64,000 bases of DNA from Minisyncoccota bacterium (GCA_041662205.1 JBAZSZ010000002.1:103266-167265); one strand, 5' to 3'. Numbered from the stretch's first letter, positions 10,171 to 19,530 are shown. Program-made: numbers and translations. The notes: generated by a model from the letters alone, not told the origin.

Positions 10171-11184
10171 TTGTTTGGGGTTCTTTTTGTGCCCTCACTA
10201 CCAGCTCAGGCAGACCTATTCTCTTCCCTCTCTTCTATCTTTGTCGGTGATCAAGCCTATGCGCTTCAGGCCAATGTTTCTTCTATTTCAATTTTAGAGG
10301 ATAAAAATAACAAAGATGGTGCAAAAGACAATATTATCGGTGGCATAAATACAAACACAGACAATATTTCTGACGATGATAAGGCACTTACCCCTAACGT
10401 TGGTTTAATGGGGGTATCAGATGGAAAAGACACTCAAGATTATTCTGAAGAAGATATTAGTGTTTACGTGGTAAGAAATGGTGATTCTATTTCCCAAATA
10501 GCTGATATGTTTGAAGTTTCGACTAATACAATTCTTTGGGCTAATGATATGAAAAAAGGTGATAAATTAGTAGAAGGAGATACTTTGATTATTTTACCAG
10601 TTTCTGGTGTAAAGCATACAGTTCTCAAGGGGCAAACTTTAAAAGGAATTGCTAATAAATACAAAGTAGATATTTCAGACATCGCTAGTTTTAACGGGAT
10701 AGCTATGGATTCAGATCTAGCTCTTGGAGATGAGCTTATTATCCCTGATGCTGAAATGGTTAACGTTGAAGCCCCTAAAAAACCAAAGACTAATTCAGTA
10801 AATAGTATAAAAACAACACTCAAAACTTTAGTAGGATACTTCATCAATCCTGTCCCAGGCTATAAGAGGGTAAGTCAGAAGTTACATGGTAATAATGGTG
10901 TTGATTTAGCTGCTCCAATTGGTACAAAAATTATTGCCGCTGCTTCTGGAACAGTGCTCTTGGCGCGTAATGGATATAATGGAGGTTATGGAAATATGGT
11001 TATTATTAAACACTCAAATGGAACTAAGACTTTATATGCTCACCAATCAAAAATAGCTACCAGTACAGGAGCTAAAGTGTCTCAAGGAGAAATCATTGGC
11101 TATGTAGGGTCCACTGGACGCTCAACCGGCCCTCACCTTCACTATGAAATTCATGGTGCTAGGAATAATACTTTAGATTTGTAA
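10171..11184 (+). CDS. LysM (x2) + M23 family peptidase
   Basis: YVVRNGDSISQIA and HTVLKGQTLKGIA LysM repeats; HxxxGVDLAA, YAHQ, GRSTGPHLHYE. Confidence 0.92.
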   Translation: MFGVLFVPSLPAQADLFSSLSSIFVGDQAYALQANVSSISILEDKNNKDGAKDNIIGGINTNTDNISDDDKALTPNVGLMGVSDGKDTQDYSEEDISVYVVRNGDSISQIADMFEVSTNTILWANDMKKGDKLVEGDTLIILPVSGVKHTVLKGQTLKGIANKYKVDISDIASFNGIAMDSDLALGDELIIPDAEMVNVEAPKKPKTNSVNSIKTTLKTLVGYFINPVPGYKRVSQKLHGNNGVDLAAPIGTKIIAAASGTVLLARNGYNGGYGNMVIIKHSNGTKTLYAHQSKIATSTGAKVSQGEIIGYVGSTGRSTGPHLHYEIHGARNNTLDL

Positions 11185-11218
11185 ATTTGCTCTAAAAAGC
11201 AAAACTACTTATTTGTTG

Positions 11219-11289
11219 TGCGGGATAGGCGAATCGAACGCCTGCCCAGAGTTTGGAAAACTCTTATTCTACCACTAAACTAATCCCGC
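11219..11289 (-). tRNA. tRNA-Gly(TCC)
   Basis: Reverse complement GCGGGAT...AGAGT-TTTCCAA-ACTCT...GTTCGATTC...ATCCCGCA folds as a cloverleaf; no encoded CCA. Confidence 0.95.
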
Positions 11290-11334
11290 TTTCGTTAAAG
11301 CTTCGGCGGGCGAGCCCGCTTAGGCTATAACTTG

Positions 11335-11405
11335 TCGGGCTGCTGGGAATCGAACCCAGTCTAAACGCTCCCAAAGCGCTTGTACTACCGGTATACTACA
11401 GCCCG
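11335..11405 (-). tRNA. tRNA-Pro(TGG)
   Basis: Reverse complement CGGGCTG...AGCGC-TTTGGGA-GCGTT...GGTTCGATTCC...CAGCCCGA. Confidence 0.93.
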
Positions 11406-11452
11406 TTAAATTATCAAGCTACAAAAACACATAACTACGCTCATATAATATA

Positions 11453-11863
11453 TCACAAGATAATATCACTTACCACTTTTATTTTCGCTTTTTTGTTTTG
11501 TATATCAAGGAATACAATCAATAGATCCACTTGCCATCCTTTTTCATCAGGTATTTTTTCTGATAAAAGATAAGTTTGTATTGTTCGTGATAAACGTTTA
11601 AGTTTCCATGGGTGCATATTGTCTTCAGGCTTATAGTTATCTTTTGTTCCATGTGAAACATTTTTTAAGGTTTTATGTGCGACTGATTTTACTTCAATAA
11701 AGTGTAATTTATTGGTCTTTTCAGCTACAATATCTATTTCACCCCATTTTTTCGTATAATTTCTATTTAATATTAGAAAATTATGTTTCATGAGAAACCT
11801 TACAGCTATATTTTCTCCAATTTCTCCAGTTTTTTGGGTTTTTGAGGTAAATACTTTTGGCAT
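11453..11863 (-). CDS. yraN: YraN/UPF0102 family putative endonuclease
   Basis: GE.IA..FL...RNY...WGEIDIVA...FIEVK motif. Confidence 0.88.
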   Translation of the reverse strand: MPKVFTSKTQKTGEIGENIAVRFLMKHNFLILNRNYTKKWGEIDIVAEKTNKLHFIEVKSVAHKTLKNVSHGTKDNYKPEDNMHPWKLKRLSRTIQTYLLSEKIPDEKGWQVDLLIVFLDIQNKKAKIKVVSDIIL

Positions 11864-12132
11864 TTTATTTATTGTTTTAAAATAAAATCCTTATTTTAAA
11901 AACAAAAAAGCTGTTTCACGTTTAACATGTTTCACATGAAACATAGTAACAAATTTTTAGTAAATTTTATGTCTTTTACTATAATATCCTTATTTTATAA
12001 GATATATACAGAAAAAATGCTAATAAAAGACAGTTTCATATTGTGTCCTTTATGAACAGTACTAACATAGTTATCCACAATTTTATTAAATCTTTAATTT
12101 ATAAGGTATTATTAAGGGACATCATTTTTTTG

Positions 12133-12203
12133 TGCGGCCAGAGAGAATCGGACTCTCGTCTCATCCTTGGCAAGGACGTGTTCTACCACTGAACCATGAC
12201 CGC
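12133..12203 (-). tRNA. tRNA-Gly(GCC)
   Basis: Reverse complement GCGGTCA...CGTCC-TTGCCAA-GGATG...GAGAG-TCCGATT-CTCTC TGGCCGCA. Confidence 0.92.
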
Positions 12204-12283
12204 AAATTTATCTATGTATAAAGACCACCGAATATGACCGCAAACTACTTATGTATAAAAACCACCGAATATGACCGCAAATT
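12185..12283. repeat. Tandem ~37-38 bp repeat containing the 5' end of tRNA-Gly(GCC)
   Basis: ATGACCGCAAA at 12196, 12234 and 12271, each preceded by ACCAC(T/C)GAA. Confidence 0.85.
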
Positions 12284-12418
12284 ATATTTTAAAAAACTAT
12301 AAACAATTATAATATTTAATTAGAACTAATGCAATTATTAAATTAACCAATTAAATAAAGCTTATTTGTGAGTATTTTAAAAATAATGTATAATATGTAG
12401 TATTATTATATTAATTAC

Positions 12419-12490
12419 GCACTCGTAGTGAAATGGATATCACAATAGTCTTCGGAACTATTATTGAGGGTTCGAATCCCCCCGAGTGCA
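12419..12490 (+). tRNA. tRNA-Arg(TCG)
   Basis: GCACTCG...ATAGT-CTTCGGA-ACTAT...GGTTCGAATCC...CGAGTGCA. Confidence 0.94.
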
Positions 12491-12500
12491 CAAAACAAAA

Positions 12501-14105
12501 GTGGAACAGGATGTTAAAAATTTAATATCAAAAACACCCAAAGAAGTTTCACATGTAACTAATACGCTCGAAAAAGATGGTTTTGAGGCATATCTAGTTG
12601 GCGGGTGCGTTAGAGATCTTTTGATGTCTAAGGAGCCAAATGACTGGGATATCACAACTAATGCTAAACCAGAGCAAATTATAAGTCTTTTTGAAAAGAC
12701 TGTTTATGAGAATGGCTTTGGTACAGTAGCTGTGGTTGTTCCGCGTGAAACACATCAAGAGGATGTTTCACATGGAACAAACCCTATTCCCTTGTCAGAA
12801 GAGAAAAATATGATTATAGAAGTTACTCCTTATAGAATTGAAGCAAAATATAGCGATTTTAGACATCCAGATGAGGTGAAATTTAGTGATAAGCTGGAGG
12901 ACGATCTTAAAAGACGTGACTTTACGGTTAATGCCATGGCCTTAAACAGTAAAGGACATCTGGTTGATTTTTTTGATGGTATAAAGGACATTAACGAAAA
13001 GACAATAAAGGCAGTAGGGAATCCAGATGATCGTTTTGCTGAAGATGCTCTCAGGATGTTGCGCGCTGTACGTCTTTCCTGCCAGCTTAATTTTTCTGTG
13101 GCTTATGAAACGATGCAAAGTATTTTGAAAAATTCAGAGTTGATAAAAAAAATTTCTGAAGAAAGAATTCGTGATGAGTTTGTAAAAATAATTATGTCGG
13201 AAAATTCCGCGAATGGAATCGTGATGTTACAAAAATTTAATTTGTTAAAAAATATAATTCCTGAACTAGAAGAGGGAATAGGCTGTGAACAATCCGGTGA
13301 GCATATTTACGACGTTTGGAATCATTTACTTCATGCATTAGAACATGCGACAAACAAGAATTGGTCTTTGGAAATAAGGCTCGCAGCGCTTTTCCATGAT
13401 ATTGGGAAGCCCCGAAGTAGGCGTATTGCGGAGCGAATTGATAATTTATCAGGTCCTCGGTCTTTCGGGTCCCTACCCCGGCCAGACCATGACAAATCAT
13501 CAATTCGCTCCGCAAAGAAAAAATTTACTTTTTACGGTCATGAAGTTGTCAGCACGCGGATGGCAAAAAAAATAATGGAGAGATTAAAATTTCCTAAAAA
13601 AGAAATTGAGTTAGTAGAAAAACTTGTTCGCAATCATATGTTTTTTTCTGACACAGAATTAATCACGCTGTCAGCCGTGCGAAGAATTATTGCAAAAGTT
13701 GGAAAAGAAAATATTTGGTTATTGATGAATGTCCGTGAGTGCGACAGGGTAGGGATGAAGAAAAAAGAAACCCCATATCGCCTTCGGAAGTATTTTGCCA
13801 TGATTGAGGAAGCCCTGAGAGATCCTATTTCTGTCGGACAGTTGAAAATCAACGGTGAATTTATGATAAAAGAGCTTGGAATCACTCCCGGACCACGCAT
13901 GGGGTGGATTTTACATGCATTACTCGAAGAAGTGCTAGATGCTCCGGAGAAAAACACGGTAGAACATCTGTCGGAGTTGGTAAAATCTTTAAATATGTTG
14001 GGGGATACAGAACTAAAAACTCTTGGTCTACGTGGAAAAGAAAAAAAAGAAGAATTAGAAGAAGAAGAGGTTGTGAAGCTTCACAAAAAGCATGGAGTGA
14101 AATAA
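12501..14105 (+). CDS. cca: CCA tRNA nucleotidyltransferase / poly(A) polymerase family with HD domain; start uncertain
   Basis: YLVGGCVRDLL, DWDITT, DLKRRDFTVNAMA, EDALRMLRA, LFHDIGKP, FYGHE. The ORF-track start overlaps tRNA-Arg, so the next GTG is used. Confidence 0.9.
   Translation: MEQDVKNLISKTPKEVSHVTNTLEKDGFEAYLVGGCVRDLLMSKEPNDWDITTNAKPEQIISLFEKTVYENGFGTVAVVVPRETHQEDVSHGTNPIPLSEEKNMIIEVTPYRIEAKYSDFRHPDEVKFSDKLEDDLKRRDFTVNAMALNSKGHLVDFFDGIKDINEKTIKAVGNPDDRFAEDALRMLRAVRLSCQLNFSVAYETMQSILKNSELIKKISEERIRDEFVKIIMSENSANGIVMLQKFNLLKNIIPELEEGIGCEQSGEHIYDVWNHLLHALEHATNKNWSLEIRLAALFHDIGKPRSRRIAERIDNLSGPRSFGSLPRPDHDKSSIRSAKKKFTFYGHEVVSTRMAKKIMERLKFPKKEIELVEKLVRNHMFFSDTELITLSAVRRIIAKVGKENIWLLMNVRECDRVGMKKKETPYRLRKYFAMIEEALRDPISVGQLKINGEFMIKELGITPGPRMGWILHALLEEVLDAPEKNTVEHLSELVKSLNMLGDTELKTLGLRGKEKKEELEEEEVVKLHKKHGVK
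13426..13515. repeat. Family A hairpin element, copy 4 (in-frame in cca HD domain)
   Basis: Arms TTGCGGAGCGAATTGATAATTTATC / GACAAATCATCAATTCGCTCCGCAA; reverse-complemented core ATGGTCTGGCCGGGGTAGGGACCCGAAAGACCGAGGACCTGA. Confidence 0.92.
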
Positions 14106-14153
14106 AAAATAGTGCTTGTGAGTTTGAAAGATTAAAATTATAATAAAACATAT

Positions 14154-15467
14154 ATGAAAGAAGGTATTCCAGTTAGAGAAATATACGAAAATCCAGAAAA
14201 AAAATTTGCTTTGATGGAAGCCGTAATGAATGGATCTTTGAATTCTATTATTGATAAAGAAAAAATACCAACAGCCATTGATTTTCCAGGAATTCCTCCT
14301 AGTTTAACAAAAGAAGGCATGCTTGAATGGATAAAGAAAGAAACAGAAATCGATCCCAAAATTATTTTAGAAAATGGAAAATCTCTAGAATCTCGCGATA
14401 AGTATTTTCTTTTAAACTATGCTTTTCAACAAGCAAAGAATTTTTTGAGAGATACGTTAAAATATTCTGAAAAGGAACTGTTTCTAGGGGTAGATTCTAT
14501 AAAATCCAAAGAAGACATTTTTAATATTTTAGAAAAAACAAAATTGACCGGTGACAAAGAAGGCTTGAGTCAGTCAATAAAATATTGTCGCATAGTAAAA
14601 ACTACGATAGCTACCTATGAAGCATTAAGAAATGATAGTCAGTTATTGAAAAAAATTACTGAAGATTTTGAAGGAGCGCTTGTTTCTACTCCGTCAGAAG
14701 GTGGAATTGTAAAAGATACCCCTTTAGTTTTTTCTGGTGAATATACTCCAGAAGGAAGAGGATTCCGTGCTGTAAGTGATAATAAATTAAAAGGGATTAT
14801 TAATTCTAGGGCAAAGGATTTTGAAAAAATAATACTTCGTTTTCTTACCAGGCCAGAGTCAGACGCAAAAACTGCGTTGAAAGATGGGATAGCTTCTAGA
14901 ATAACTATGGAAAAAGAGCAAGCAGTAAAACTGTTGCCTGAATTGTATGAGTGGCTTGCTAAAACAATGAAGGCAACCGACATAAAAATTGAAAATAAAT
15001 CTTTTTTTTCAACATCACAAATTAAAAAGCTAGTTGGAAAAATAAAAATATCAAATACTAAAGATGAAAAATTTCAAGCATTAGTAATTACTGGTAAATT
15101 GCACAAGGACTCTCATGGTGGACAGTTTGAAATGCAACTTGTAGATCCAAATAATAAAAATGAAGAAGGGGGAATGCATCATGCCATATATGATGTTAAG
15201 AAATTTGTTAATGCTCGCACACGATTAGATGGCGGATGTCCTGAAGATGTATTTGAAGAATTTGTTAAAGATGCTCACATTAAATCAGGGATAAGTGTAA
15301 AAGATATTAAGCATGAATTAATAGAAGAATCTGATGCGCCCATTATTAAGAAAAGAAAAAAGAACGGAAAGTGTATATATGTTACTGATAAGGTATACAA
15401 GCGTTGGTATAATTTTAAATGGGTAGAGGAATCTCTTTTTAAAGATATTCAAGAAGTATGTAAATAA
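14154..15467 (+). CDS. Hypothetical protein with a divergent RelA/SpoT-like nucleotidyltransferase domain
   Basis: SRAK...DGIASRI...FQALVITG...FEMQLVD...HHAIY motif order resembles the RelA/SpoT synthetase fold. Confidence 0.55.
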   Translation: MKEGIPVREIYENPEKKFALMEAVMNGSLNSIIDKEKIPTAIDFPGIPPSLTKEGMLEWIKKETEIDPKIILENGKSLESRDKYFLLNYAFQQAKNFLRDTLKYSEKELFLGVDSIKSKEDIFNILEKTKLTGDKEGLSQSIKYCRIVKTTIATYEALRNDSQLLKKITEDFEGALVSTPSEGGIVKDTPLVFSGEYTPEGRGFRAVSDNKLKGIINSRAKDFEKIILRFLTRPESDAKTALKDGIASRITMEKEQAVKLLPELYEWLAKTMKATDIKIENKSFFSTSQIKKLVGKIKISNTKDEKFQALVITGKLHKDSHGGQFEMQLVDPNNKNEEGGMHHAIYDVKKFVNARTRLDGGCPEDVFEEFVKDAHIKSGISVKDIKHELIEESDAPIIKKRKKNGKCIYVTDKVYKRWYNFKWVEESLFKDIQEVCK

Positions 15468-15493
15468 AATTAAAAATATCTCAAATAAAATTT

Positions 15494-17173
15494 TTAATAA
15501 ACTTCTTGTTGGTAACATTTCTCACAATAAACAATCTCTGGTCTGTCTGAAGAATACGTAGTTTCAAATTCTACCTCACATTTTTTTGTGCCATGAGTAT
15601 GATTTTTTAAATCACACATACAAGCACGATGCCAAAGCTGGCGAGGATTTCTTTTTTTCATACGGTCTTTGTGTCGGCACTCAAAATCTTTGTGGGGTAG
15701 TGGAAGGTTCATTCTTTTGTAAAAATCTAATTCACCTTTGGTGATGCGGAAATTCTTTTTACAATCTTTGCAAACTAAAATTTCTTTCAAAATATCTTCT
15801 GTAACTTCAGAAATAGTTTCTGGCACATTTTCTTCTTTTATAGTTTCTTTGTCATAGGTGCCCGTAGTTTGATCTTGCCATTTGAAATCTTTTTCTTTAG
15901 CTTCTTTTTCTGTGATTGGGTAATAATCATACCCGAGAGTTTCATTAAATCCAAAAGGAGCAATTTCTGGCGGGAAAAATTGACCATAAGTGCCTTCGTT
16001 CTTCATTTGCTCATCGATTTGTTCTTTTATTTTATAGTAATCGTCTTTACTGTATTCTTTATTTAGTATCATATATTGACCTTTACGGATACCATTGCAT
16101 CCGATAGCGCTTGAGAGATTATGGCAACTTTCAGAATATTCTACTTCGTTGCAATAAAAAACAAAGGCGCAATTTTTTGATTTACTACTTTGCAATATAC
16201 CCATCATGTTGTAGCAGAGTTCTGATTTGTAATAAAAATTATTGCAGTCCATAGAGTCGATCGGGTCTTCGGCATCTGCCATATAGGAACAGTTTTTTAT
16301 ATTGGAACTATCAAATGCTTTTACTCCATCATGACAATTATATAAATAATCGCCGGTGATATTGTGACATTTTGTTTGGGTAGCGTATTTGACGATCGTT
16401 TTATTTTTTAAATCTAAAAATTCTTTTTTGGCTTGCTCAATGCTTTCATAGCTGGATAAAATTTCTTGTTTCTTTCTTTCGTATTCTTCTTTACTGTATT
16501 TTACATTCAGGATTGAATTAGAAATGTTTCTGCCATTTAGGCAAAAGATACAATTATTTGAATTGCGCACATTGTAGCAAAAGAGAAGATCACTCGAAGC
16601 TTCGCATTGCTCACAATACAGACATTTAAAACATTTATGTGTATCGATACATTCATAACATAGTTCAGAATCATAAATAAAAGCAGAATCAACACAGTTT
16701 TTGGATCTTTGAACTAATCTACCATATAAACAATCCTCATTTCCATCTGCGGCAAAAATTAAATAACAGTCTTTATTATCCGCAGCGCCATTGGTGTACT
16801 CACTCCTGACAGAATTTACTGTCATCAAAGCTATTCTTGGAACTTTTATTTGCAATTCTTTATATTGTTCAAAAAAATTTTTATTTGGATTGTAATCTTG
16901 AGCAAAACTTTTCGGATCCCACTTATCGCTCCACCAACATTCGTGACAGTAGACCGTAAAAGGAGAATTGTTCGCATAGATAGAGATCATGTCTTTTTTG
17001 CAAAGATCACAGGGTCTTTTGTAGAAAGTTCGTTCATTGCGAAAAGCTAAGCGTCTCATCGCACGGCAATCAGGACAGTAGAGCGGGGGAACAGTTTTTA
17101 TTTGTTCGTAAAAAATTAGATCTTCTGGTCTTATTTCAAAATTTTTTTTACAGGTTTGGCAAACTTTCTGCAT
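15494..17173 (-). CDS. Cys-rich protein with CxxC zinc ribbons and beta-helix-like Cys repeats (CPR-type hypothetical)
   Basis: CQTC, CPDCR..RR...RNER, YCHECWWSD.WDP, repeated CYEC/CxxC, C-terminal VYCEKCYQQEVY. Confidence 0.85.
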   Translation of the reverse strand: MQKVCQTCKKNFEIRPEDLIFYEQIKTVPPLYCPDCRAMRRLAFRNERTFYKRPCDLCKKDMISIYANNSPFTVYCHECWWSDKWDPKSFAQDYNPNKNFFEQYKELQIKVPRIALMTVNSVRSEYTNGAADNKDCYLIFAADGNEDCLYGRLVQRSKNCVDSAFIYDSELCYECIDTHKCFKCLYCEQCEASSDLLFCYNVRNSNNCIFCLNGRNISNSILNVKYSKEEYERKKQEILSSYESIEQAKKEFLDLKNKTIVKYATQTKCHNITGDYLYNCHDGVKAFDSSNIKNCSYMADAEDPIDSMDCNNFYYKSELCYNMMGILQSSKSKNCAFVFYCNEVEYSESCHNLSSAIGCNGIRKGQYMILNKEYSKDDYYKIKEQIDEQMKNEGTYGQFFPPEIAPFGFNETLGYDYYPITEKEAKEKDFKWQDQTTGTYDKETIKEENVPETISEVTEDILKEILVCKDCKKNFRITKGELDFYKRMNLPLPHKDFECRHKDRMKKRNPRQLWHRACMCDLKNHTHGTKKCEVEFETTYSSDRPEIVYCEKCYQQEVY

Positions 17174-17180
17174 ATTAGTT

Positions 17181-17813
17181 TCAGCCCAACATATTTTTTA
17201 AACCCCCGATAAATTTACTAATGAGGTTAGTGCTGATTTGAGAAAAATTAAAAATTACCGCGAGGGTAAATAGAACTAAGGATAAATTATTATTTACAAA
17301 AGAAAGAATAATCGCTAACACGCCAAAAATTACAGGCATAAATATTCTAATAGTGCCACGATGTATTTCTTGTTTGCTGACTTCAATATTTTTAATATGA
17401 TCTGAATTGAATACATAACTTCGGATCATGAAAAGACAAAAACCGATAATAATAGTATGAACCCCGAAAATTATTATTGAAAATTGATTGTTGCTATACT
17501 CCCCGAGTAGGGAAGTGGAAAAAGGAATAAGAGCAAGGAAAAGGAAGAAAATAGCATTGAGATTCGTCAGATTAATATCGATATTTTTCGCATAAACTGA
17601 AACAAAAAAATGATGCGCGCGCCAATAAGTGAAAAGCAAAGAGAAACTCAGAAGATAGCTAAGGAAAATCGGGAGAGTGTGTTTCATTGCTAGGGCAAGT
17701 TCTAATGAATCGTTTGGGTTTACTAAAATGGGTGGTTTGATCTGAAAAACGAGTATCGTCATCACGATGGCAAATATTCCGTCTGCAAGGGTTTCTAATC
17801 TAGCTGCTTTCAT
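17181..17813 (-). CDS. TMEM175/DUF1211 family membrane protein (putative K+ channel)
   Basis: RLETLADGIFAIVMTILV signature; W..HH; about 6 TM helices. Confidence 0.85.
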   Translation of the reverse strand: MKAARLETLADGIFAIVMTILVFQIKPPILVNPNDSLELALAMKHTLPIFLSYLLSFSLLFTYWRAHHFFVSVYAKNIDINLTNLNAIFFLFLALIPFSTSLLGEYSNNQFSIIIFGVHTIIIGFCLFMIRSYVFNSDHIKNIEVSKQEIHRGTIRIFMPVIFGVLAIILSFVNNNLSLVLFTLAVIFNFSQISTNLISKFIGGLKNMLG

Positions 17814-17833
17814 GTTTAGATAATAACATAGAA

Positions 17834-18601
17834 TTAAATTTCTAGCCAAATCGGACAATGATCTGAACCCATATAATCATTTAGCATTCCAGTAGATTTT
17901 ATTTTGGGTATGATTTTTTCATCGGCAAAAAAATAATCCAAGCGCCAGCCGACATTGCGGTCTCGGGCGCGAGTTTTGATATCCCAATAGGTATAGGCCC
18001 CTATTTTTTCTGGATAAAATTTTCTAAATACATCAATAAATTTATTTTTTATCACTTTATCTATCCAAGCGCGCTCTATCGGCAAGAAGCCAGTATTTTC
18101 TTCATTTGCTTTTGGTCGGGCTAGGTCTATCGGAGTGTGAGCGGTGTTTATATCTCCGCAGAAAATTACATTTTCGCCATTTTTACGAAGCTTCAGTATA
18201 AATTTTAAAAAAGCATCATAAAATTCCAATTTGTATTTTAATCTGTGCGGACCTTGGCCACCATTTGGAAAATATCCAGTTATAATTGTGAAATCTTTGA
18301 ACTTAGCGCCAATTAATCTACCTTCATCATCCAATTTTTTTATTCCCATACCATAAAAAACCTCCAGCGGTTCAACCGCTGAATAAATCGCTACGCCACT
18401 ATATCCTTTTTTAATTTTTGGATGCGAAAAATATGAATAATAATTTTTTATATTACGCACCTCTTCTGGAAGTTGGTCTGGTTCGGCTTTGGTTTCTTGC
18501 AAGCACAAAACATCAGGTTTGTATTTCTGAAATAGGGGAGTAAGGAATCCTTGTTTTGCTGTCGCCCGCAGTCCATTTGTGTTCCAGGAAATGATTTTCA
18601 T
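17834..18601 (-). CDS. xth: Exodeoxyribonuclease III
   Basis: SWNTNGLRA, LCLQETK, GYSGVA, CGDINTAH, GWRLDY, SDHCP. Confidence 0.96.
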   Translation of the reverse strand: MKIISWNTNGLRATAKQGFLTPLFQKYKPDVLCLQETKAEPDQLPEEVRNIKNYYSYFSHPKIKKGYSGVAIYSAVEPLEVFYGMGIKKLDDEGRLIGAKFKDFTIITGYFPNGGQGPHRLKYKLEFYDAFLKFILKLRKNGENVIFCGDINTAHTPIDLARPKANEENTGFLPIERAWIDKVIKNKFIDVFRKFYPEKIGAYTYWDIKTRARDRNVGWRLDYFFADEKIIPKIKSTGMLNDYMGSDHCPIWLEI

Positions 18602-18603
18602 TT

Positions 18604-19530
18604 TTATTTTTGATTGTGAAACTTTTTGTGGATATCTCGTAAGTGTTTATCAGTGACATGGGTATAAATTTGTGTGGTGTTGATGTTGGCATGGCCGAGC
18701 ATCGCTTGTACAGAACGTAAATCTGCTCCGTTGCTAAGTAAGTCGGTCGCAAACATGTGCCTCATCACGTGCGGAGTAACCTTTTTGGAAATTCCCGCTT
18801 TGGTGGCGTGCTGTTTCACGATTCTTTCAATAGATCTTCTGGTTAATGGTTTTACATCTTTTAATTTTTCATTTTTTTTATTGGTTGTTCCAATTTGGAT
18901 AAATAAAGCATCACTCATATCTTTCCTTGCTGATAGATAATTTTTGACTGCTTTTTTTGCATCATCAGAAATAAAAACCACTCTTACTTTTCCACCTTTA
19001 CCACGAATAGAAAGTTCTTCTGAATGCAAATCAATATCAGCAGTTAGGGAACACAGCTCTGAGACGCGGAGTCCAGTGGAAAATAAAAGTTCTAAAATAG
19101 CCTTATCACGCAAATCTTTCAATTCTGTGCCTTTTGGAGAATCTAAAAGTCTCGAGAGTTCTAGGGGAGTAATCAAATCTAAGGATCTTTCATTTACTTT
19201 GGCTAATTCAATTCGTTCAGATGAAAGTGTTTTCACATCTTGTCGTGCTAAATATTTTAAAAATGCTCTCACTGCAATCAAATAATAATTTTGAGTTTTT
19301 TTCGACAAAGTTTCTCCGGTAGCTCTATTGTTGCCAGTTGATTGGCGGTTCAGCCAAAGACGAAATTCTCTTACCATAGCATCATCTATCTTTTCAGGAT
19401 TGTCATTTTTTATATATTCTAAAAAACGACTTAGGTAATGGTCATAATTTTCTACCGTTTTTAAGGATCGCCCTTTTTCTATCTCTATATATTCCAAAAA
19501 TTGAGTTTTGAGCTGTTTTAAGGAGGACAT
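18604..19530 (-). CDS. XerC/XerD-like tyrosine recombinase
   Basis: LFSTGLRVSEL, GKGGK.R, TPHVMRHMFATDLL, VQAMLGH...TTQIYTHV. Confidence 0.92.
   Translation of the reverse strand: MSSLKQLKTQFLEYIEIEKGRSLKTVENYDHYLSRFLEYIKNDNPEKIDDAMVREFRLWLNRQSTGNNRATGETLSKKTQNYYLIAVRAFLKYLARQDVKTLSSERIELAKVNERSLDLITPLELSRLLDSPKGTELKDLRDKAILELLFSTGLRVSELCSLTADIDLHSEELSIRGKGGKVRVVFISDDAKKAVKNYLSARKDMSDALFIQIGTTNKKNEKLKDVKPLTRRSIERIVKQHATKAGISKKVTPHVMRHMFATDLLSNGADLRSVQAMLGHANINTTQIYTHVTDKHLRDIHKKFHNQK

Larger units (their letters stand above)
11645..12779. promoter_or_regulatory. Cluster of parS-like sites
   Basis: TGTTCCATGTGAAACA 11645-11660, TGTTTCACGTTTAACA 11912-11927, TGTTTCACATGAAACA 11928-11943, AGTTTCACATGTAACT 12545-12560 (degenerate), TGTTCCGCGTGAAACA 12737-12752, TGTTTCACATGGAACA 12764-12779; consensus is TGTTTCACGTGAAACA. 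Confidence 0.85.

Noticed and set aside
12185-12283. Possible mini CRISPR array
   Set aside because: The units are tandem with near-identical spacers, derive from the tRNA 5' end, and no cas genes are present
6697-13515. Short antisense ORFs sharing GLAGIGTRRTED-like peptides (6697-6909, 13237-13515)
   Set aside because: They are shadow translations of family A elements, not a gene family
18604-19530. Tyrosine recombinase as a prophage or island integrase
   Set aside because: It has Xer-like size and motifs, is flanked by xth and rpsO, and no att repeats or phage genes are seen
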